A stretch of DNA of 64,000 bases from an uncultured delta proteobacterium (GTDB taxonomy: Bacteria; Desulfobacterota; Binatia; UBA9968). Position 1 is the first letter of the stretch, and each line of letters opens with the position of its first letter. Where the stretch lies: the NCBI GenBank assembly GCA_963745035.1, contig CAVUVW010000015.1, positions 64,001 through 128,000 of the forward strand. Reading direction: 5' to 3'. The position numbers and the translations under genes were made by a program. This document shows positions 37,902 to 49,353 of this stretch, in pieces. Below the pieces are notes generated by a model. The model was given only the letters and a program-made list of their open reading frames with translations, was not told where the DNA came from and made no database searches.

Positions 37902-39723
37902 CTAATAATTTTCAGCGGGAACCTCGTCGCGCAAACCGTCGCTCTGTTGGAAGCGGTACTGCAAGTCGTACAAGCGCGCGTAGAGCCCGCCCTTGGCGCG
38001 CAGCTCGTCGTGGGTCCCCTCTTCCCAGATCTCGCCCTTATGAATGACCAAAATTCGGTCGGCGTGCTGGATGGTCGAGAGGCGATGGGCGATGATGAGC
38101 GCGGTGCGGTTTTTCAAAAGCTCGTCGAGAGCTTCCTGGATCAGCATTTCCGTCCGGGTATCCACCGAGCTGGTCGCTTCGTCGAGAATCAAGATCTTCG
38201 GATCGAACGCCAGCGCGCGCGCGAAAGACAGCAGCTGGCGCTGCCCTTGCGACAAGGTCGAGCCGCGCTCCTGGACTTCCTCCTGATAGCGATTCGGCAG
38301 CCGTTCGATGAACGGCGCGATGTGGGCGCGGCGCGCGGCTTCGCGCATGCGCTCTTCGCCGATGCGCCGATCGCCCAGAGTAATATTGTTGGCGATGTCG
38401 CCCGAGAAGAGAAACACGTCCTGGAGCACCAGCCCCAGATGGCGGCGCAGCTCCTGTTTATTCCACTCGCGCACGTCGATGCCGTCGACCAGAATCGCGC
38501 CGCGCTCGACGTCGTAAAAGCGGCAGAGCGCCGCGATGATCGAGGTCTTGCCGCCGCCGGTGGCGCCGACCAGAGCGACTTTCTCGCCCGGCGCGACGCG
38601 AAAGGAGATGCCTTTCAGCACCGGCTCACCCTGCCGGTAGGAAAGCCACACGTCGTTAAATTCGATGGCGCCGGCGAAAGCTTCCGCCCGTTTCGCCCGC
38701 ACCGGATTTTTAATGGTTTCCGGCGTATCGAGCAGCGCGAAGATTCTCTCCGAAGACGCCATGGCGGCCTGCATGATGTTGTATTTTTCCGCCAGGTCGC
38801 GGATCGGCTGGTACATGCGCTGGATGTACTGGATGAAGGCGACGAGCACGCCGGCCTGGATGGCATTCGACCAGGATCTGCTGGCCGCCGTACCAGAGCA
38901 GCAGCCCGACGCTGAGCGCGCTGAATAGCTCGATGACGGGAAAGAACACGGCGTTGTAGCGGATGCTGCGCAGCAGCACGTCGCGGTAGCGAAAATTGAT
39001 TTCCTGAAAGCGGCCGTACATTTTCGCTTCCTGGCCGAACGCCTGGATGGTCGCCACCCCGGCGATATTTTCCTGCAGGCCGGCGTTGAGCCGGCCCAAG
39101 ATCAGCCGGCTCTCGCGATACACCTCGCGGGCGCGGCGGCGGTAAAAACGGCTGATGTAGAGAATGACCGGAAAGGCGGCGAGACAAACCAGCGCAAGCT
39201 GCCAATCGAGCCAGAGCATCATGACGGCGATGCCGAAGACGATCGACACGTCGCCCAACAACCCGACCACGCCCGTGCTGAAGAGCTCGTTTAGGGTTTC
39301 CACGTCGTTGATGGTCCGGGTCATCAGCCGGCCGACGGCGTTGCGGTCGAAGTACGCCATGTCCTGCTTCTGCAGATGGGAAAAAATATCCATGCGCAAA
39401 TCGTGCATGGCGCGCTGGCCGATGTATTGGGTCGCGTAGGTTTGCGCGAACAGCACGAGAAATCCGAAGATCACCACGCCCACATAGGCCAGGGCCATGA
39501 GATCGAGGCCGCCGAGGTCCTTTGCGGCGATGTAGCGGTCGATGGCGATCTTGGTGATATACGGTCCGAGGAGCTGGGCGCCGGTTTGCAGCATCAGCAA
39601 GACGAAGCAAATCGTCAACAGCCTCCAGTACGGCCGGAGATAGCGCAGCACGCGCGCCATCAGCCGGGCGTCGTACGCCTTGCCGAGAATCTCGTCTTCT
39701 TGATGAAGATCTTCGCTCACCAT
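37902..39723 (-). CDS. Heterodimeric ABC exporter half (TMD+NBD; frameshift near 38870)
   Basis: GKAYDARLM; GATGGGKTS; degenerate signature LSQGQRQ; ILDEATSSVD; IAHRLS. Confidence 0.9.
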
Positions 39724-41489
39724 CGGCTTTCCGCGCGTTCCATAGACTCGACCTGGCGCGCCAGACTTTGCCGGCGATAGAGGTCGAAATAGGCGCCGCG
39801 CCGCGCGAGCAATTCGTCGTGGCTGCCCTGCTCGATGATTTCGCCGGCGCGGAGATAAATGATCTGGTCGGCGTCGCGCACGGTCGAGATCCGGTGCGAG
39901 ATCAGCAAGGTCGTGCGCCCGCTCATGAAATGCTTGAGCTCGCGCAAAATCTCCTCCTCGGTCTCGACGTCGACGCTGGAAAAAGCGTCGTCGAGGATGA
40001 GGATCGGCGGATTTTTGATAATCGCCCGGGCCAATGCGGTGCGCTGCTTTTGACCGCCGGACAAGCGCACGCCGCGCTCGCCGATCACCGTATCGAAGCC
40101 CGCCTGAAACGATTCGACGGTCGGCAGCAGCCGGGCGATGCGCGCCGCCTCTTCGACCCGCTCGGCCGCGCCGTTCTCGCCGCCGAGCAGAATGTTTTCG
40201 CGCACCGATCCGGAGAAAAGAAAAATATCCTGGGAGACGTAGCCGATTGCTTTTTCCAAGCGCTGCCGGTCGAGCCGCTTGATATCGGTGTCGTCGATAA
40301 AAATTTGCCCGTCGCGGGGTTCGTAAAGCCGGAGGAGCAGATTCACCAGAGTGCTTTTGCCGGAGCCGGTTTCGCCGACGATGCCGCAGACAGTTCCAGC
40401 GGCGATCTTGAGATCAAGATTTTTGATGATCGGCGCGCCGGCCGGATCGTACGCGAAGCTCAGATCGCGAAACTCGATGGTGCCGGCCACGGGACCGGCG
40501 CCATTTGACGATGCTTCGGATAAGTAGCGCGGCGAGGGCCTGGTATCCAAAACTTCGGCGATGCGCGACAGCGCCGCCGTGCCGCGCTGGTATTGATTGG
40601 CGGTGTAGCCGATCGCCATCAGCGGCCAGGTGAGCATCGCGAGATAGCCGTTGAAGGCGACGAACTCGCCCAAAGTCATGGTTCCCTGCAGCACCTGGCG
40701 CCCGCCGAGCCAGAGCACCACGGCGGCGGCGATGCCGGCCATCACCTGCATGAGCGGCCAGAAGATCCCCCAAAGCGTCGCGAGCCACATGGTTTTTTGC
40801 CGGTATTCGAAGCTGATCGCGTCGAAGCCGTCGATCTGGTTCTGCTCCTGGGCGTAGGCCTGCACGACGCGGATGCCGGAAAAATTCTCCAGCACGTAGG
40901 CGCTCAGCTGGCTCAGCCGTTCCTGGGTTTCGCGCGAGGAGCGAAAAATCTCCCGGCCGAAGTAGCGCACGACGACCGGGATCAGCGGCATGGCCATCAT
41001 CGACCAGAGCGTGAGCCAGGGATCGATGGTGATCATCAACGTGAGACTGAAGACGATCACGACCACTGCATCGACGATCGCCAGCGAGCCGAAGCCCATC
41101 AACTCGCGCACGGCGTGGATGTCGTTGGTCAGACGCGACATCAGATCGCCGGTCTTGGTGTGTTGAAAATAACCGAGGGGAAGCCGCTGCAGATGAGCGA
41201 AGACCCGGTCGCGCAAATCCGCTTCGCAGCGCCGCGAAAAGCCGTGGATGTTGATGCGCCAGCAGTAGCGGAAAAATCCCTGAAGCGCCGCCGCGCCGAG
41301 GATCAAAAGCGGATAGTGGAGCAGCGATCGATCCGCGCCGCCGCCTTGGAGGGCCGCGTCGATGCCGCCCTTGATCAGCCACGGCAAGGCGATCCCCGCC
41401 AGATCGGTGGCGATCAACGAGAGAATGCCGAGGACGAGGAGACGGCGATGGCGGTCGATGAGGAACTTGACGCGGTGGTAGTAGCGCAG
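39717..41489 (-). CDS. Heterodimeric ABC exporter half (TMD+NBD); start uncertain
   Basis: TGDLMSRLTND; GETGSGKST; LSGGQKQR; Walker B ILDD; reading frame stays open upstream of the TTG at 41417. Confidence 0.9.
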   Translation of the reverse strand: MRYYHRVKFLIDRHRRLLVLGILSLIATDLAGIALPWLIKGGIDAALQGGGADRSLLHYPLLILGAAALQGFFRYCWRINIHGFSRRCEADLRDRVFAHLQRLPLGYFQHTKTGDLMSRLTNDIHAVRELMGFGSLAIVDAVVVIVFSLTLMITIDPWLTLWSMMAMPLIPVVVRYFGREIFRSSRETQERLSQLSAYVLENFSGIRVVQAYAQEQNQIDGFDAISFEYRQKTMWLATLWGIFWPLMQVMAGIAAAVVLWLGGRQVLQGTMTLGEFVAFNGYLAMLTWPLMAIGYTANQYQRGTAALSRIAEVLDTRPSPRYLSEASSNGAGPVAGTIEFRDLSFAYDPAGAPIIKNLDLKIAAGTVCGIVGETGSGKSTLVNLLLRLYEPRDGQIFIDDTDIKRLDRQRLEKAIGYVSQDIFLFSGSVRENILLGGENGAAERVEEAARIARLLPTVESFQAGFDTVIGERGVRLSGGQKQRTALARAIIKNPPILILDDAFSSVDVETEEEILRELKHFMSGRTTLLISHRISTVRDADQIIYLRAGEIIEQGSHDELLARRGAYFDLYRRQSLARQVESMERAESRW

Positions 41490-41537
41490 AATTTTGATGC
41501 CCTTCGGGTTGCGCGCCGGAGCCGCACCGAGCGCCCG

Positions 41538-42989
41538 CTAATCTTTGGACACTCCGTGCTCGGCGTGAACTTCGGTCCAGCCGCCGGCCATGAGTTTCTC
41601 CATCACCGCCGCAAGTTGGGACATGTCCACGCGCACCTGCCCCATGCTGTTGCGGTCGCGAACCGTCACTTTCTCGTCGGCGGCGGCCTTCTCGTCGCCG
41701 ACGGTCTGCACGTCGACGGTGACGCAAAACGGCGTGCCAACTTCATCCTGACGCCGGTAGAGCCGCCCGATCGAAGCGGTATCGTCGTAGACCGAGTGCC
41801 AGCGTTTGCGCATCTCGGCGCATAGCCGCTGGGCGGTCTCGACGATGTGCGGGTTTTTCTTGAGCAGCGGCAGCACGGCGATCTTGATCGGCGCCAGCTC
41901 GGGATGAAAATTCAGCACCACGCGCTTCTCGCCTTTGACTTCCTCCTCCCGGTAGGCGTCCACCAGAAAAGCCAGAGTGCCGCGATCGGCGCCGGCCGAC
42001 GGCTCGATGACGTACGGAACGATCTTCTGCTTGCTCTCCTCGTCGAAGTATTCCAGCGCCTTGCCGCTGAACTGGGCGTGCTGCTTCAAATCGAAGTCGG
42101 TTCGGTTGGCAATGCCTTCGAGCTCGCTCCAGCCCATCGGGAAAAGATACTCGATGTCCGCGGTGCGCTTGGCGTAATGCGCCAGCTCGTCTTGCTCATG
42201 CTCGCGCAAACGCAGATTCTCCTGGCGTATGCCGTAGCGCGGATACCACGCGAAACGCTCGTCGATCCAGCGCTGGTGCCATTCTTCGTCGGTCCCCGGC
42301 ATGACGAAAAATTCGATTTCCATCTGCTCGAATTCGCGCGTGCGAAAAGTGAAATTGCCCGGCGTAATCTCGTTGCGAAACGCCTTGCCGACCTGGGCGA
42401 TGCCGAACGGCAGCTTGAGGCGCATGGACTGAAGCACGTTGTCGAAGTTGACGAAAATTCCCTGAGCGGTCTCCGGCCTCAGATAAGTTACCGCTGCGTC
42501 GTCTTCCACCGGCCCCATGAACGTCTTGAACATGAGATTGAACTGGCGCGGCTCGGTAAGCTCGCCCTTGCCGCAAGCCGGGCAGAGCGTGCGCTTCTGG
42601 CCGCAGTGCCTGCACGGCTCGCCGCCCGGAATGTTGAATTTATTGCCCTTGGTCGCCTCGCAAAAGTGCACCCACGCTTCTTCTTCCAGTTTATCCGAGC
42701 GAAAGCGCCGCTTGCAGGCGCGGCAATCGACCATCGGGTCGGTGAAGTGATCCAGGTGGCCGCTCGCCTTCCAAACTTTCGAATGCATCAAGATCGACGC
42801 ATCGAGCCCGACCATATCGGCGCGGTTCTGCACGTTGTCGCGCCACCAGGCGCGCTTGACGTTGTTCTTGAGCTCGACGCCGAGCGGCCCGTAGTCCCAG
42901 CACGAGCCCGTGCCGCCGTAAATCTCGCTCGATTGAAAAATAAAGCCGCGCCGCTTGCACAGCGACACGATCTTGTCCATGTCGACCAT
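41538..42989 (-). CDS. glyQS: Glycine--tRNA ligase (alpha2 type)
   Basis: [16 protein letters not shown]; YLRPETAQG; FRNEITP; REFEQME; IEPSAG; RQDEVGTP. Confidence 0.97.
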   Translation of the reverse strand: MVDMDKIVSLCKRRGFIFQSSEIYGGTGSCWDYGPLGVELKNNVKRAWWRDNVQNRADMVGLDASILMHSKVWKASGHLDHFTDPMVDCRACKRRFRSDKLEEEAWVHFCEATKGNKFNIPGGEPCRHCGQKRTLCPACGKGELTEPRQFNLMFKTFMGPVEDDAAVTYLRPETAQGIFVNFDNVLQSMRLKLPFGIAQVGKAFRNEITPGNFTFRTREFEQMEIEFFVMPGTDEEWHQRWIDERFAWYPRYGIRQENLRLREHEQDELAHYAKRTADIEYLFPMGWSELEGIANRTDFDLKQHAQFSGKALEYFDEESKQKIVPYVIEPSAGADRGTLAFLVDAYREEEVKGEKRVVLNFHPELAPIKIAVLPLLKKNPHIVETAQRLCAEMRKRWHSVYDDTASIGRLYRRQDEVGTPFCVTVDVQTVGDEKAAADEKVTVRDRNSMGQVRVDMSQLAAVMEKLMAGGWTEVHAEHGVSKD

Positions 42990-43376
42990 CGGGAAATCCT
43001 AAATAAAGAGTGAGTCTTAACAATGTAAAGGATAGCAGGAGCGGAGTCAAAAGCGCGGCGCTCAGCCTAAGGTGAGCGGCGACCGAGGTCCGACTTCAAC
43101 AATACCGCCATGGCTCCTCGACCGCATTTGATTTATCGCAACAAACAGCCACGCCAACGCCCAACGGACTATAATTGACCGTGTCGTTTTCGAACCGACC
43201 AATTACGATGTGCCATTAAACCGATATATTACACTTGTCCGAGAGCTTTTTTGCAGCAGACCTAGACCTGACCCAAAGAGCAGAAAACAAGGCGGTTTGC
43301 CACATCAAATATCCGCTTAGAACAATCAATCGGATAGCGGTTTGGTTTGGCCCACAAAGAATCAGAAAAGCCGATG

Positions 43377-44075
43377 CTATCCAACAGTTCGCTTGACGCA
43401 TCGCATTACAAAAATCGTGTACGGAATTCTGAGTGTGTCATGCAAAATATCGCCTTCAATATCTCCGAAGTGCTGCGCTGCTAGTCGCTTGTATCCGTCG
43501 ATGTTACGTACGGCGCGCCCTCGGTCTTTCGAAATCAACCATTTTGCAAACCGGTTCTGATTTTCTATGTACACATTGTCATATGTAATCAATGCGCCGT
43601 TCAATTTCAGACTTTGATAGGCAATGTCGAAGAGATAATCTGCTTCGCTGTCATTTAGATGGTGAACAATCCCAAGAGCAAGAACAATATCGTAACGCCC
43701 CTGCTGGCATGTCCCTGCATCTTCGACTTTTTGACAGAAGAATCTACAATTGATTCTGTGCTTCCAGCGCTTCTTGGCAGATTCTATATATAACGGATTT
43801 AAGTCAAAACCTGTATAATCGGCAATCGAGTCCGGTAGGTAGGATAAAATTCTTCCTGTACCGCAACCAATTTCCAAGATGCGGCAGGCGGGAGACGGAC
43901 GCACATAGTCCTGCACTAGTTTGACTTGGCTACGCTCCCTTCCTAACAAACTGGTGAATAGATCATAAACCCAGGGTTTTGATAGGACCGCGGCCAACCC
44001 TGTCTCACGATGGCTGGATTCTTCGCTTTCCACAGGAATTCGAGGCGAAATGTCTTCGAGTTTTTTTTGTTTCAT
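43377..44075 (-). CDS. Class I SAM-dependent methyltransferase
   Basis: ILEIGCGTG; YTGFD; YDIVLALGIVHHL. Confidence 0.88.
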   Translation of the reverse strand: MKQKKLEDISPRIPVESEESSHRETGLAAVLSKPWVYDLFTSLLGRERSQVKLVQDYVRPSPACRILEIGCGTGRILSYLPDSIADYTGFDLNPLYIESAKKRWKHRINCRFFCQKVEDAGTCQQGRYDIVLALGIVHHLNDSEADYLFDIAYQSLKLNGALITYDNVYIENQNRFAKWLISKDRGRAVRNIDGYKRLAAQHFGDIEGDILHDTLRIPYTIFVMRCVKRTVG

Positions 44076-44248
44076 ATTCCGAACCTTCAACAAAGAGAAA
44101 ATCGTTTTGCCAATCGATTTAACCTTTACATACCAAAGCACCATTAATACAATAATGATCAAAACAGCAAAGACTCATTCAGCGACCTCCGATTAAGAGC
44201 TAAGTAGTCAAACCGCGCAAAGTTCGTTACTTTGGAGGCTACGAAACC

Positions 44249-45094
44249 ATGTCTGCTATCGATATCCCCAAGTTCACATCTAAACTTAAACAAAACTCCG
44301 ACGGTCTCTGGGTGAGTACCGGCGCAAGGCAGGTTTCGTATCCTCGAGACGGGAATGATTTATGTTTAAGCATCGAGGGGAAATCGTTCTGGTTCCGCCA
44401 TCGTAATAAAGTAATCACGACTCTCGTTAAGTCTTTTGTTCCAAATGGCCCGGTGTTCGATATCGGCGCCGGCAATGGATACGTCTCCCTGGCGTTGGAA
44501 CACTCTGGAGTTGAAACGGTCGTTGTTGAACCCGGAGCGCGGGGCGCTCGAAATGCTAAGACACGCGGTCTAGGTACCGTTATCCATGCTGCACTCGAGG
44601 ATTGCGAATTCCAAGACCAAACGATCCCGGCCTTCGGCCTTTTCGATGTACTTGAACATGTTCAAAACGATTCAGAGTTCCTAAATAGTCTCCACCGTCA
44701 GTTGCTGCCGAAAGGATATGTGTACGTGACGGTGCCTGCATATAATTTTCTCTGGTCGATTGAAGATGACTACGCCCAACACCACCGCCGATATACAGTG
44801 CGGACACTGACAAAAACGTTAGAATCGACTGGGTTTGCCGTGAAATACTGCAGTTACTTTTTCTGTGCTCTCGTGCCAGCCGTTTTCGCTATTCGATCTA
44901 TACCGAGTCGGCTATGGATGCGCCACTCCATCGACATACCTTCGATAGAACAGGACCACGCCGAGCGCGGCGGGATCACAACGTGTCTTCTGGAACACAG
45001 CTTGGCCTACGAGTTGCGGCGAATCGAAAAAAGAAAGTACTTGCCAACAGGTAGCAGTTGCGTCGCCGTGGCACAGAAGGTTCCATATGGTTAG
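44249..45094 (+). CDS. Class I SAM-dependent methyltransferase
   Basis: SFWFRHRN; FDIGAGNG; FDVLEH; VTVPAY; HHRRY. Confidence 0.88.
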   Translation: MSAIDIPKFTSKLKQNSDGLWVSTGARQVSYPRDGNDLCLSIEGKSFWFRHRNKVITTLVKSFVPNGPVFDIGAGNGYVSLALEHSGVETVVVEPGARGARNAKTRGLGTVIHAALEDCEFQDQTIPAFGLFDVLEHVQNDSEFLNSLHRQLLPKGYVYVTVPAYNFLWSIEDDYAQHHRRYTVRTLTKTLESTGFAVKYCSYFFCALVPAVFAIRSIPSRLWMRHSIDIPSIEQDHAERGGITTCLLEHSLAYELRRIEKRKYLPTGSSCVAVAQKVPYG

Positions 45095-45163
45095 TTGCAA
45101 GAGAGTCAAGAAGCAGTAAAGAAACAGCGGTCAGAATGCATTCCGCAATGCCTAAGCTACCTA

Positions 45164-46741
45164 TCAACGCACTCGCTCATAAATCTGATAGCGTTTGTAA
45201 CTTTGCAGTAAGCGAAATGCTCCGGCTCTTACAACAGGATCGTAAAGTCGCCACTGTTTGCTATGTGGACCAACGACAAGATAGTCCGGGTTCGCCACCA
45301 GCGGGTCATAATCGACATCAATATTGTCCTCGTAAAGAAAGGTGCGCCGAATCAAATCGACAAGTAGTTGATCGGGAGGATAGTGATAAGGACGATTTAA
45401 AAGAAACATAAGCTCGCTGTCATAGGTCTCTATCAACGCATCTGCGGGAGTTTGTGAATTCAGAAAGTCAGCCGTCTGCTGCACTGAATTATCAGCGTCT
45501 ATTACGTAGGTCTTGTACACAGCCGTCGCCGTTCTGGGCACGGAAATTACTACAATCAACAATACTAATAAGGCACCAACCGCCTCTTTGTTAAAACCAC
45601 GGCCTCTGAAAAAAGCGCGACCCTGTTGAAGTGTGTAGGTGACATCGTAACCTCGGGTCAGATCGTAGATCATGCACGCGACAAAAATACTGCCGACGAA
45701 GATCGGCGGAAAGATATATCGCACCCAACCCACCGAGAACAGCAGAAACCAACCAAACCAGCTCGATGCCAGAAAGAGCAACGCGATCTTCACTTGCTCG
45801 GTAAATCTCCAGTCTAGTTTGTTGGTCACTATGTTCAGCAGTCCGTAACACAACCCGAGCAGCGTCGGAAGACCGAACATGATAACGACAATCAAAGCAA
45901 ACATCCGAGAAGGGATTGATATGACTAGAGCGGTCACGTCATACAAACCATGGATCGGATCTGCAACACCGGATTTGGCCTGTAAGAGCTGTTCGGAGAA
46001 CACCATAAGAATATGAGATCCGGCCAATGAGCCGACGAGCGTAATGACCCAGAATGAAAAGGATTTCCAGTCACGCCGGTACACAGCTACCAACGAGGGA
46101 ACCGCCAGTGAACACATCCAGAACGGGAGAACTTGCAGTTTCGTGATCAGCGCAAATGCCCAAAATAGCACGGCCAAGGCTAACGCCCATAGTCGGTACC
46201 GCGGCAATGACAGCATGGCCATATAACCCGCAAGCAGGAAAAACATTGCGGGCATTTCGCCCAAAACCTGTCTACCCACATATATTGGGAAAAGATCGAT
46301 ATATGCGGGCAGCAACGTCATGACAGCCAAAGTCCCCAAAGCTATAGACTGATTGTAGATACGCCGAACGAGATAGTACATCAACAATAGCGTCGCTACA
46401 GTGATCATTACTTCAACTATTCGCGCCTGAACGATCCCAACGCCGAACAGCCAAAAACTTAGGGCAACAAGGCCAGTAATGTAACTTGCTTGAGTTATCG
46501 CCGCCGACACAGGTTCTCCGACAGAGAGCCGCCCGTAATGACCGGACTCTACCCAGTTACGAGCGACTGATAGTGTCCATCCCTCATCCCACCATAGGGG
46601 GGGAACACTGTCGAGTCGTATGGTCAAAGCTAAACCGATCAACACCCCTATGAAAACCGCTATGTAAATGCGTAAATATTTCACGATTCTTTGTTGTCTA
46701 TTGAAAAGACGGATCTTCGCCACAAATAATACCCGGGACAC
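45164..46741 (-). CDS. GT-C fold membrane glycosyltransferase (ArnT/PMT-like)
   Basis: PLWWDEG acidic motif after TM1, many TM helices, soluble C-terminal domain. Confidence 0.83.
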   Translation of the reverse strand: MSRVLFVAKIRLFNRQQRIVKYLRIYIAVFIGVLIGLALTIRLDSVPPLWWDEGWTLSVARNWVESGHYGRLSVGEPVSAAITQASYITGLVALSFWLFGVGIVQARIVEVMITVATLLLMYYLVRRIYNQSIALGTLAVMTLLPAYIDLFPIYVGRQVLGEMPAMFFLLAGYMAMLSLPRYRLWALALAVLFWAFALITKLQVLPFWMCSLAVPSLVAVYRRDWKSFSFWVITLVGSLAGSHILMVFSEQLLQAKSGVADPIHGLYDVTALVISIPSRMFALIVVIMFGLPTLLGLCYGLLNIVTNKLDWRFTEQVKIALLFLASSWFGWFLLFSVGWVRYIFPPIFVGSIFVACMIYDLTRGYDVTYTLQQGRAFFRGRGFNKEAVGALLVLLIVVISVPRTATAVYKTYVIDADNSVQQTADFLNSQTPADALIETYDSELMFLLNRPYHYPPDQLLVDLIRRTFLYEDNIDVDYDPLVANPDYLVVGPHSKQWRLYDPVVRAGAFRLLQSYKRYQIYERVR

Positions 46742-46821
46742 TTGACCTTAAGCCGATCCACGCAGGAACGACCAATGAGCTTATATACAGATAACCGAGT
46801 AGGCGACTGTATCGCGGAGAT

Positions 46822-47970
46822 TTATGCAGCATCAAAAAATGTAAAAATCTCATCTACCACGGACTCGACCTCGCCCGGTTGCATTTCGTAATACATTGGT
46901 AGACGCAGCAATCGCTCACTAATGGTTTCGGTAACCGGCAGCATTCCAGCACGGTAACCCATTGCTGTCCCCATCGGTGATGTATGGAGTGGAACATAAT
47001 GAAATAGCGACAGAATCCCCCGTGTTTTGAGGTACTCTATTAGCTTCGTTCTTTCCCCAAAAGAATTGAGAATTATGTAGAACATGTGATAGTTTGATTC
47101 GCAGTCAGGCGGAATAATTGGGAGGGTGACAAGACCCTGAACTTCTAAAGGTCGTAGAAGTTGTTCGTAAATCGTGTAAATTTCCTGGCGCTTTCTTGTT
47201 ATTACCTCCATATTTTCCAACTGCGCGTATAAAAAAGCTGCCAAGATATCCGATGGCAGTAACGAAGATCCGATATCTACCCACGTATATTTATCCACTT
47301 CGCCGCGAAAAAAGCGGCTGCGGTTTGTACCCTTTTCTCGAACAATTTCCGCTCTTTCCACTAGGTCCTGCCGATTTAAAATGATTGCACCACCCTCGCC
47401 ACAAATGAAGTTCTTTGTTTCGTGAAAGCTATAGGCACCCATATCGCCTATCGTCCCAAGATATCGCCCCTTGTACTTTGCGTTGACGCCTTGAGCAGCG
47501 TCTTCGACAACAATCAACCCGTGCTTTTGTGCGATCTTAGAAATTGTATCCATCTCACATCCAACCCCCGCGTAGTGAACGGGAGCGATTGCACGGGTTT
47601 TTGCCGTGATGGCTGACTCGATCAGATTCTCGTCAATGTTCAGCGTGTCTCTACGGCAGTCAACAAACACTGGACGAGCACCACGCAAAAGAAACGCATT
47701 AGCAGTAGAGGCAAACGTGTAAGATGGTAGAATAATTTCATCTCCATCTTTCACATCAGCCAAAATTGCCGCCAAATCTAGTGCGGTGGTACATGATGTC
47801 GTAAGCATTATTTCCTGAGCGCCGAAAGTGCGCTTCATTAGATCTTGCCCTTTCTTCGTATATAACCCGTCACCACTCGTTTTAAGCTGCAAGACCGATT
47901 GAGCGATGTAGTAAAGTTCTTTACCGACGATAAAGGGCTTATTAAAAGGAATGCGAAAGCTCACAGACAT
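46822..47970 (-). CDS. wecE: dTDP-4-amino-4,6-dideoxygalactose transaminase (DegT/DnrJ family)
   Basis: IPFNKP; LTTSCTTAL; VHYAGV; EDAAQG; SFHETKN...GEGG; FFRGEVDKYTWVDIGSS. Confidence 0.9.
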   Translation of the reverse strand: MSVSFRIPFNKPFIVGKELYYIAQSVLQLKTSGDGLYTKKGQDLMKRTFGAQEIMLTTSCTTALDLAAILADVKDGDEIILPSYTFASTANAFLLRGARPVFVDCRRDTLNIDENLIESAITAKTRAIAPVHYAGVGCEMDTISKIAQKHGLIVVEDAAQGVNAKYKGRYLGTIGDMGAYSFHETKNFICGEGGAIILNRQDLVERAEIVREKGTNRSRFFRGEVDKYTWVDIGSSLLPSDILAAFLYAQLENMEVITRKRQEIYTIYEQLLRPLEVQGLVTLPIIPPDCESNYHMFYIILNSFGERTKLIEYLKTRGILSLFHYVPLHTSPMGTAMGYRAGMLPVTETISERLLRLPMYYEMQPGEVESVVDEIFTFFDAA

Positions 47971-48011
47971 TCTCGTCGTCTCTTCATGCGAATGTCCTAT
48001 TCGTTTTGTAA

Positions 48012-48708
48012 TTACGGCCGTTCCCAAATGAATTTCAATGCGTCAGGCCCTGTCATGAAGATCAAATCCAGAATCGACACCTGTGCGTCATACGGCGGAT
48101 ATAGCTGCGAATAAACGGGATAATCATAAATCATGTACTCCGTCACAATTCCCGCATCAGCGAGTTTTGCCTCCTCTAGATAACTTTTAGCAGCAGGGCC
48201 GGAAATATAGTGAGTTGCTCCTAGTTGCTTCAAAACATCTAAAAGGCGATTGGTTTTTGTCCCAGTAGGCTCCAATGAAGATGACCGGACGAACTTGGTT
48301 CCGGAGATGCCCAGAACTTCAGCTATTAGGATTGTCAACTGAATAGTGAGATCTGCTAACTTATCGAATCGACATGCGTAAAACTCTTTCAATGTTCGAG
48401 GAATAGACTTCAAAAAACGGAGTTTTGCCATAAGCTTGTTCAATTGTTTTCCAATGCTTATGCGCCCAATCCTGCGACCAATCAATAAAAATCTCCTTTA
48501 TTGGAATATGATTCTTCACAACCCCTTTTTTCAGGACTGGTATTGTCAACCAAACTGGACCATTTGCAGTCTTAATTCGGTTCCGATTACGCCAGCCGTG
48601 CTTATCGTACTGAACATCATCATAGAAGACGAAGACATCAGCTTTACTGATTTGATGAAAGTAGCCGCGCCAAGGGATATAATTGGGTTGGTTAATTACG
48701 CATTTCAT
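48012..48708 (-). CDS. WbqC-like protein (frameshift near 48390)
   Basis: QPNYIPWRGYF; DDVQYDK; WRNRNRIK; WLTIPV; second frame YISGPAAKSYL...YSQ...SILDL. Confidence 0.88.
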
Positions 48709-48759
48709 AACATTGCACCTATCGCAGTGCCGTGGTGGCTGCTTGACGAGGTTTAGGCG

Positions 48760-49335
48760 TTATCCGTCAACCAGCCGTGATAGCTGCTCAAATTCCGCGC
48801 GAAGCAAACCCATATAGTAAGCGTTGCTTCGGCGACCATTAATTACAAATTCATCACGCAACACTCCCTCTACTTTGAAATGGAGCTTCGCATAGGTTTT
48901 TAGAGCCGCTTGGTTATTCACATCGACCGTAAGCCACACTTTATGTAGATCATATTTTTGGAAACCATTGGCCAGGGCCTTGTAAACTCCAGTAAGCCCG
49001 ACACCAGCCCCTCTCACAGTGGCGTCTCCGACATACACTGAGAGACGGATTTTTTTTAAGTAAGAATCCATTCTATCTAGCACAACGTTTCCAACATGGG
49101 ATTGGTTTAGCAGTAAGGCATACGCGCTGATTAGTGGGTCGTCGAGACATCGTTGGATCCATTCTTTAGTGTATTCACGAGTCGGATTCCGACGCAGGCC
49201 AAGCGCCACGGCGATCACAGGATCACAGACCCATTGCAACATTCTTTCTGCATGCTCGGGCCCTATCGGTGAGATAGTAACGTCAGGTCGAAGTCCCAAA
49301 TGTTTCGCGGCTGTGTTTACGTCAACTGACTTCAT
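48760..49335 (-). CDS. GNAT (RimJ/RimL-like) N-acyltransferase
   Basis: VRGAGVG; LHKVWLTV...NQAALKTYAKLHFKVEG. Confidence 0.85.
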   Translation of the reverse strand: MKSVDVNTAAKHLGLRPDVTISPIGPEHAERMLQWVCDPVIAVALGLRRNPTREYTKEWIQRCLDDPLISAYALLLNQSHVGNVVLDRMDSYLKKIRLSVYVGDATVRGAGVGLTGVYKALANGFQKYDLHKVWLTVDVNNQAALKTYAKLHFKVEGVLRDEFVINGRRSNAYYMGLLRAEFEQLSRLVDG

Positions 49336-49353
49336 ATCTCGGATTATGATTCA

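Noticed and set aside
43159-43200. GCCCAAC (RYYYAAC) near the island's left border as a possible attC or att site
   Set aside because: No complementary arm or matching GTT box, and no direct repeat found at the right border.
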